NCBI GenBank assembly: GCA_044226015.1
Contig: JBGAHS010000002.1
Location: 369,570-433,569 of the forward strand
Direction of reading: 5' to 3'
DNA from: Candidatus Obscuribacteraceae bacterium
Lineage (GTDB): Bacteria > Cyanobacteriota > Vampirovibrionia > Obscuribacterales > Obscuribacteraceae
DNA: 64,000 bases
The notes beneath the pieces were generated by a model that was given only the letters and a program-made list of their open reading frames with translations, had not been told where the DNA came from and did no database searches. Shown here in pieces: positions 58,537-64,000 of this stretch. Positions within the stretch are counted from its first letter, which is position 1. Each line of letters opens with the position of its first letter. Position numbers and translations under genes: made by a program.

Positions 58537-61134
58537 TTAGGTTCGGGAAAGCGCGAGCGATTCCTTATGGTTTTGCTCAGCCCATTCAATCAAACCTGTT
58601 TCGAATGGAGATGACAAATCGTCGTGGTGTGGCAGCACACGAACAGTGAATCCGTGGCGACCACTTCTGAAGTAACGGATGCTTCCAACAAAAATCGATT
58701 TTCCATTTTCGCTTTCTGTCAAATTCATCTGCACCACTTCACCATCGGTGATATCACCATGGATGCCAATTTGACCGTGATAAATCTGAACACTCAGATT
58801 CTCTGGTTTGATTTGTCCGTGGCTAATCAACGCTTTCACTTCCAGGTCATCGCCAACGCAGATCTTGTTGTCGTTGTTAACGATTACGCTTTCAACGCGA
58901 ACAGCGTTCCAGCCCATATTCATTTCGTACTTCCAAGCGGCCATTTGCTTTGCCTTAGCTGCCTTGTTTTCAAGGAACTCGGAATAGCGCTTAGCAGCAG
59001 GGAAATAACAACGCTGGCTGTATTCACGCACCATTCTATGAATGTTGAACTGTGGGCAAATTTCCATCATGGAGGATTTCATCAATGATATCCATCCACG
59101 TGGAATGCCGTCTTTGTCACGATCATAGAAGAGCGGTGCAATTTCCTTTTCGATCAGATCATATAGTGTGCTCGACTCAACTTCATCCTGATAAAGGGAA
59201 TCGTTGTAAACTTCACCGCGACCGATCGCCCAACCACAGCGCGAGTTGTATGCTTCATCCCACCATCCGTCGAGGATGCTGCAGTTGATACCACCATTGA
59301 ATACAACTTTCATTCCTGATGTTCCACAAGCTTCAAGGAAGCGTCGCGGAGTATTCAACCAGACATCAACTCCCTGAACGAGCCAACGAGCAACGTTAAT
59401 ATCGTAATCTTCGATATAAACGAAACGCGCTTGCATGCCTTCACGCTTAGCAATTTGAACGACCTGACGAATCAGTTCTTTTGCTGGTGTGTCTTCAGGG
59501 TGTGCCTTCCCAGCCATGATTATCTGAATCGGCATATCTTTGCTGCCCATCAGACCAGCAAGTCTCTTCGCATCACGCATCATAAGCGTGAGTCTCTTGT
59601 AAGTTGCAACACGGCGAGAGAAACCGAAGGTCAAAGCATCTGGGCTGAGAATTTCCGCTGCTTCCTTCAATTCCGAGGGCAATGCCCCCTTCTTCTCTAG
59701 CTGTTGTTTCACACTCTTGCGGCAGAAGTCCACAAGGCGCTCACGTCTGCGCCAGCGTAATCGCCAGAACTCTTCATCAGGAATGTCTTCAACACGGCGC
59801 CAAACAGTAGGATCTCCCGAATCATCCTGCCAACGGGGTCCAAGATACCGGTCAAACAGCTCAGCCATATCATCAGAGATGAATGTTGGCGCGTGAATTC
59901 CGTTTGTGACATAAGTAATCGGTACTTCATCTTCAGGAACACCAGGCCAGTTGGACTGGAACAATGCACGAGAAACATCACCATGGAGACGGCTAACAGC
60001 GTTGACTTTCGCTGATAGCTTGATTGCAAGATTAGCCATGCTGAAGAGTTCACCATCATCATTGGCATCGGCTCTACCGAGTGCAAGAAATTCGCTCTGA
60101 TTCAGTCCTAGCTGGCTGCGATAGTACTCAGCGAAATATTTTTCAACTAGTGCTGGCGCAAATTTATCGATGCCCGCAGGAACAGCGGTATGTGTCGTGA
60201 ACAGATTGCCGGCAGCGGCAACTTCTTTTGCTTCGTAAAACGAAAGCTTGTTCTCACGCATGATCTTGGAAATTCGCTCAAGAGCGAGAAACGCAGAGTG
60301 TCCCTCGTTCATATGGCAAATTGTAGGTTCGATACCCAGTGCCTGTAGCACCTTCGTGCCACCAACACCAAGGATGATTTCTTGCTTGATGCGCACGTCC
60401 GGATCAGCATGATAGAGAGCATCTGTGATGTCTTCATCTTCACTGCGTCGTTGTGGAATGTTAGTGTCCATCAAGTAGAGAGGAACTCGTCCAACTTGAA
60501 CTTTCCAGACCTGAATATTCACAGGTCTGCCCGGCAAATCGACGGTGACAATCAAGGGCTCGCCATTTTCTTTTCTGACGAGTGTCATTGGCATGTTGTA
60601 GAAATCATTTATTGGATAGCGCTCTTGCTGCCATCCATCTGGATTCAAATATTGACGGAAGTATCCCTGCTGATAGGCGATACCTACAGCAACAAACGGC
60701 AAACCAAGATCAGATGCTGCTTTCACATGGTCGCCTGAAAGAATTCCCAAGCCACCAGAATATATAGGTAGACATTCTGTCAGACCATATTCTGCAGAGA
60801 AGTAAGCGATAAGCTCATTCTGCGGACGGCGCGCCTGACGCTTGTACCATGTACCTTCCGCCTTTAGATATCTTTCGTTCTTTTGATATATGCGTTCGAG
60901 GTGAGCCAGGAATGCTTCATCTTTTGCTGCCTCATCCAGCAACTCTTGCTTGATGGAACCAAGCATCAAGACCGGGTTGTGACCAGTCGTTTCCCAGAGT
61001 TCACGATCTAGTCGCTTGAATAAATTAACGGTTTCATGATCCCAGCACCAACGCAGATTGTAGGCGAGTGGTCTCAAACTTTCGAGTTCTGGTGGTAAAA
61101 ATGGGGCAACTTCAACTGTGCGAATTGGCTGCAT
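58537..61134 (-). CDS. glgP: Alpha-glucan (glycogen) phosphorylase
   Basis: AYFSAEYG, YSGGLG, HMNEGH, TNGIH, RVATYKR, EACGTSGMK (PLP Lys), DGWW. Confidence 0.97.
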   Translation of the reverse strand: MQPIRTVEVAPFLPPELESLRPLAYNLRWCWDHETVNLFKRLDRELWETTGHNPVLMLGSIKQELLDEAAKDEAFLAHLERIYQKNERYLKAEGTWYKRQARRPQNELIAYFSAEYGLTECLPIYSGGLGILSGDHVKAASDLGLPFVAVGIAYQQGYFRQYLNPDGWQQERYPINDFYNMPMTLVRKENGEPLIVTVDLPGRPVNIQVWKVQVGRVPLYLMDTNIPQRRSEDEDITDALYHADPDVRIKQEIILGVGGTKVLQALGIEPTICHMNEGHSAFLALERISKIMRENKLSFYEAKEVAAAGNLFTTHTAVPAGIDKFAPALVEKYFAEYYRSQLGLNQSEFLALGRADANDDGELFSMANLAIKLSAKVNAVSRLHGDVSRALFQSNWPGVPEDEVPITYVTNGIHAPTFISDDMAELFDRYLGPRWQDDSGDPTVWRRVEDIPDEEFWRLRWRRRERLVDFCRKSVKQQLEKKGALPSELKEAAEILSPDALTFGFSRRVATYKRLTLMMRDAKRLAGLMGSKDMPIQIIMAGKAHPEDTPAKELIRQVVQIAKREGMQARFVYIEDYDINVARWLVQGVDVWLNTPRRFLEACGTSGMKVVFNGGINCSILDGWWDEAYNSRCGWAIGRGEVYNDSLYQDEVESSTLYDLIEKEIAPLFYDRDKDGIPRGWISLMKSSMMEICPQFNIHRMVREYSQRCYFPAAKRYSEFLENKAAKAKQMAAWKYEMNMGWNAVRVESVIVNNDNKICVGDDLEVKALISHGQIKPENLSVQIYHGQIGIHGDITDGEVVQMNLTESENGKSIFVGSIRYFRSGRHGFTVRVLPHHDDLSSPFETGLIEWAEQNHKESLALSRT

Positions 61135-61520
61135 TAATGATACTCCCGAGCATTATGCTGTCCGATTCAAAGCAACCTACGCGTCGCTTGACATCGAATT
61201 CTATAACGAAGCTGATATTCTCCCACACTCGCAAGTCCGGCGAAACATCAGGATTTTCCAGAAATGAAAGATTAAATCAGCTATCGTTGTCTAGCAGAGA
61301 ATTCGCAAGGATGCCGTGAGAATTCTGAATCTTTTCCATTGTGAACCGCAAAAAATCCAGCAAACCCGGTTGTATCCTTGATTCAGCGAAACCTGTAAAA
61401 CTATTTAATCGCTTACAAAGCGCGAGACTTGAGTATCTCCATTGCATATCACATAGAATTTCATTGTGCATGCACAGCCTTCCAGTGGCGCCCCGCAGCC
61501 GTCTTAAAGAGTAATCAAAA

Positions 61521-62036
61521 ATGCAAACATTAAGCAAACTGCTTCGCAGCCTTTCACTAGCCTTCCTCACCGGAGGATCTTCTGCAATCGTTTTTGCAGC
61601 GATAGTGCTCGTGAAAGCCGCTACCGCGAAAGGTGTGCCTGTTAACGAAGCGGCTGCAGTCAATGCACCAATATTCATTCAGTACAGCAAAGTAGCTCTC
61701 GGATGTGCTGGAGTACTAGTTGTTAGCGAAATTCTCGATTTCATATCGAATAATAACAAGAGCAAAATAGATTTTGCTCGATATTTATTCAGCATTCTTA
61801 GCGTGGCTGCAGTAGCAGTTTTCAGCCTCGTAATCGTTCCTCCAATGGAGCAACTCTTGCCCGACCTGGCAAATCAACACGAGCAATTCCATCACCTACA
61901 CGAACAATCGAGAGCAGTATTTGGAGCCAGCATGCTGTTTGCATTTGTCTCAATGCTGTTGCCAATCTTCAAGAAAGAAAAAGCTAGCGCTTCGAATTTG
62001 CAGAGCATCGAGAACAGCAAAGCCACAGTCAGCTAG
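61521..62036 (+). CDS. DUF4149-like 4-TM membrane protein
   Basis: Four hydrophobic helices; IVPPM...FHHLHEQS. Confidence 0.7.
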   Translation: MQTLSKLLRSLSLAFLTGGSSAIVFAAIVLVKAATAKGVPVNEAAAVNAPIFIQYSKVALGCAGVLVVSEILDFISNNNKSKIDFARYLFSILSVAAVAVFSLVIVPPMEQLLPDLANQHEQFHHLHEQSRAVFGASMLFAFVSMLLPIFKKEKASASNLQSIENSKATVS

Positions 62037-62165
62037 GGTTTACGGCATTCCTTATTTGACGGCGGCAGATTCTTGACAAAAGCCGGTGTCAGCCTGCCCT
62101 AGACTGTGTGAGGAAAGTGTCCTAGCATTAGGGTAGTGCAGTCGCATATAGGCAAGAAAAACTCA

Positions 62166-63470
62166 ATGCAAGTTCGTTCGCAGACTCAAACACCGCGCAA
62201 GCGGAGCTATCTTGATCCTATTCATCACGATATTGTGCTTGACCGAGCTGATCGTCGCGATAGATTGATAATCGATCTTATTGACACAGCAGAATTTCAA
62301 AGACTTCGCCGTATCCATCAATTGGGCGTGTCCTATTTTACTTTTCAGGGCGCTGAAGGATCGCGCTTCACCCACTCAGTGGGTGTAATGCACATTGCGC
62401 GCCTCGTAATAAATTTGCTAAAAGACAAGTCTCCTCAGGTGGATGAGGACGAGCCACTGGTGCTAGCAACCGCGTTATTACACGACCTGGGTCATGGTCC
62501 GTATAGCCATGTCACAGAAAAAATATTGCATTACGATCACGAAGACTGGTCTTGCAAAATAGTCAGCGGAGACACTGAAGTCAACGCAGTTTTGAAAAAA
62601 TATGATCCAAAATATCCCGATTACATAGTGGATATTTTAAAGAAGAAACACAAACCAAAGTATATTTCTGACCTGGTATCAAGCCAGCTAGATTGCGATC
62701 GCTTTGACTATCTCTTACGAGATAGCTATTTGACAGGCACCGCGTATGGTTTCTTCGCTCTGCACCGAATCATGTCTTCTATGGAAATTGACCCTGAGAG
62801 CCAAAGAATTATCGTGGCTGGAGAAAAGGGCCAAGCGGCGGTTGAGGATTACCTGTTTGCTCGTTCATCGATGTACCAACAGGTCTACTACCACCGCAAG
62901 AATCTGGCTGCAAGAGCTTTGCTCTCTCGCATAATCAAGCGAGCAAAGCTGCTAAAAGATCAGATTGGATTCATCGATGAGAATACATCGAAATGGCTTG
63001 GGGATGAAGAGCTGAACGTGAGTGAATACCTGTTTCTGGACGATATCCAGATGACCTACCACATTAAGCAATGGGCGACAGACCGCGACCCTATAATGCG
63101 AGACCTAGCCAGCCGATTCTTGAACCGAAAGCTTTTCAATGCAACAAAGCTGCCTCTACTAAACCTTGAGCAGGTCAATGAAGTCAAATCACGCGCCAAA
63201 GAAATGGTCAAACAATTTGGAATGGATCCCGAATACTACATCGCCATCGAAACCACAGGACTGCGCCCTTATGACTTCTATCGGCCAGAGGCCAACCACC
63301 CACAAACAAACATAATGGTTCGCACCGAGCGCGGTGAAATAAAAGAACTTTCGACCATCTCGCCTACCATAGAGGCTTTGGTACGAGGAAGTTTCGATAC
63401 TTACTGGTTGATTCACCCCAGTGAAGTACGAGATAAAATTGCCTCGATGATCGACGAAGACTATAAGTAG
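62166..63470 (+). CDS. HD-domain phosphohydrolase (YwfO/SAMHD1-like dNTPase family)
   Basis: DPIH, FQRLRRIHQLG, RFTHSVG, LLHDLGHGPYSH, LDCDRFDYL.RD, MYQQVYYH. Confidence 0.92.
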   Translation: MQVRSQTQTPRKRSYLDPIHHDIVLDRADRRDRLIIDLIDTAEFQRLRRIHQLGVSYFTFQGAEGSRFTHSVGVMHIARLVINLLKDKSPQVDEDEPLVLATALLHDLGHGPYSHVTEKILHYDHEDWSCKIVSGDTEVNAVLKKYDPKYPDYIVDILKKKHKPKYISDLVSSQLDCDRFDYLLRDSYLTGTAYGFFALHRIMSSMEIDPESQRIIVAGEKGQAAVEDYLFARSSMYQQVYYHRKNLAARALLSRIIKRAKLLKDQIGFIDENTSKWLGDEELNVSEYLFLDDIQMTYHIKQWATDRDPIMRDLASRFLNRKLFNATKLPLLNLEQVNEVKSRAKEMVKQFGMDPEYYIAIETTGLRPYDFYRPEANHPQTNIMVRTERGEIKELSTISPTIEALVRGSFDTYWLIHPSEVRDKIASMIDEDYK

Positions 63471-63479
63471 ATTGGCTCT

Positions 63480-63695
63480 TTAAGCAGCGCAATCGCCATA
63501 ATCACCAAACAAATAACTGTGATATTCAAATGAGTTATTTTCCGCAAGAACCAGGCTAAACCCTTCTAGCATCTCAGCAACTTCTTCGCCACTGGGCGAT
63601 GCTTGGCGCACAATTGTTGATGCCTGATCAAACAAACTCAGCGACTCCATGCAGAATGCGTTGGTCGTTTCTTGTGCTCTCTTGCTAAGTGCCAT
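63480..63695 (-). CDS. Small hypothetical protein
   Basis: 71-aa ORF with GGGAG upstream. Confidence 0.4.
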   Translation of the reverse strand: MALSKRAQETTNAFCMESLSLFDQASTIVRQASPSGEEVAEMLEGFSLVLAENNSFEYHSYLFGDYGDCAA

Positions 63696-63904
63696 GATGA
63701 TCGCTCCCAGTAGACTTCAAGATCTTGACTTGTTCGGACTATCCGAACAGACCAGCTCAAAGCTACCAGCGAGACAGTACAGTCCCTGGCGCTTGTATCA
63801 ACCTTCCCTTTGCCCAAACGAATCTACACACCCCGGACCAATATTAGACAATTCTCAGAAGAATGCGGTTTATTGCAGCCCGACTGCACAATTATGCAGT
63901 CGAT

Positions 63905-64000
63905 GTTTTTCTGCCACCGCTCGCCGCAGATTTTCCTCAGAACTCCACCGGTACCGATTGAGTTTTCACGTTTTTCTGCCGCCGCTCGCCGCAGATTTTC
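63905..64000. repeat. REP-like element copy with flanking direct repeat
   Basis: GTTTTTCTGCC.CCGCTCGCCGCAGATTTTC x2 around AACTCCACCGGTACCGATTGAGTT; very similar to 42357-42460. Confidence 0.85.

Noticed and set aside
1..64000. Prophage, IS element, integrase or island at the tRNA
   Set aside because: No transposase, integrase or phage genes; no duplicated tRNA 3' end noticed; the tRNA is flanked by core arg genes

Overview
A 64 kb bacterial chromosomal segment. The cyanobacterial-type DnaK, the absence of photosynthesis genes and the many lineage-specific orphan proteins suggest a non-photosynthetic cyanobacterial relative (Melainabacteria/Vampirovibrionia, Obscuribacterales-like); this is inference. 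The core is an arginine biosynthesis cluster: argJ-argB-tRNA-Arg(ACG)-argF-argG-argH-orf on the minus strand, with a divergent argC. The top finding lies upstream of argJ: an unannotated 24-aa leader peptide (MKSVSYIANTNRRSRRVRMKDSGQ) with five clustered CGC/CGU Arg codons and overlapping protector, antiterminator and terminator hairpins. This looks like a trp/his-style attenuator for arginine, and the operon itself carries the tRNA that reads those codons. Other genes: CDF metal transporter, two paralogous membrane Ser/Thr kinases, a sigma-70-like factor with a DUF1822/PatU3-like partner, tandem cyclophilins, EF-G2, matrixin, glycosyltransferases, an EF-hand calpain-like protease, RqcP-like S4 protein, dnaK, glgP, an HD hydrolase, and a three-member orphan family with C-terminal hydrophobic helices. 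Intergenic DNA carries a dispersed palindromic REP-like element (core CCGGTACCG, 8 copies) and about ten unrelated minisatellites. No CRISPR-cas, IS, prophage or rRNA was seen.
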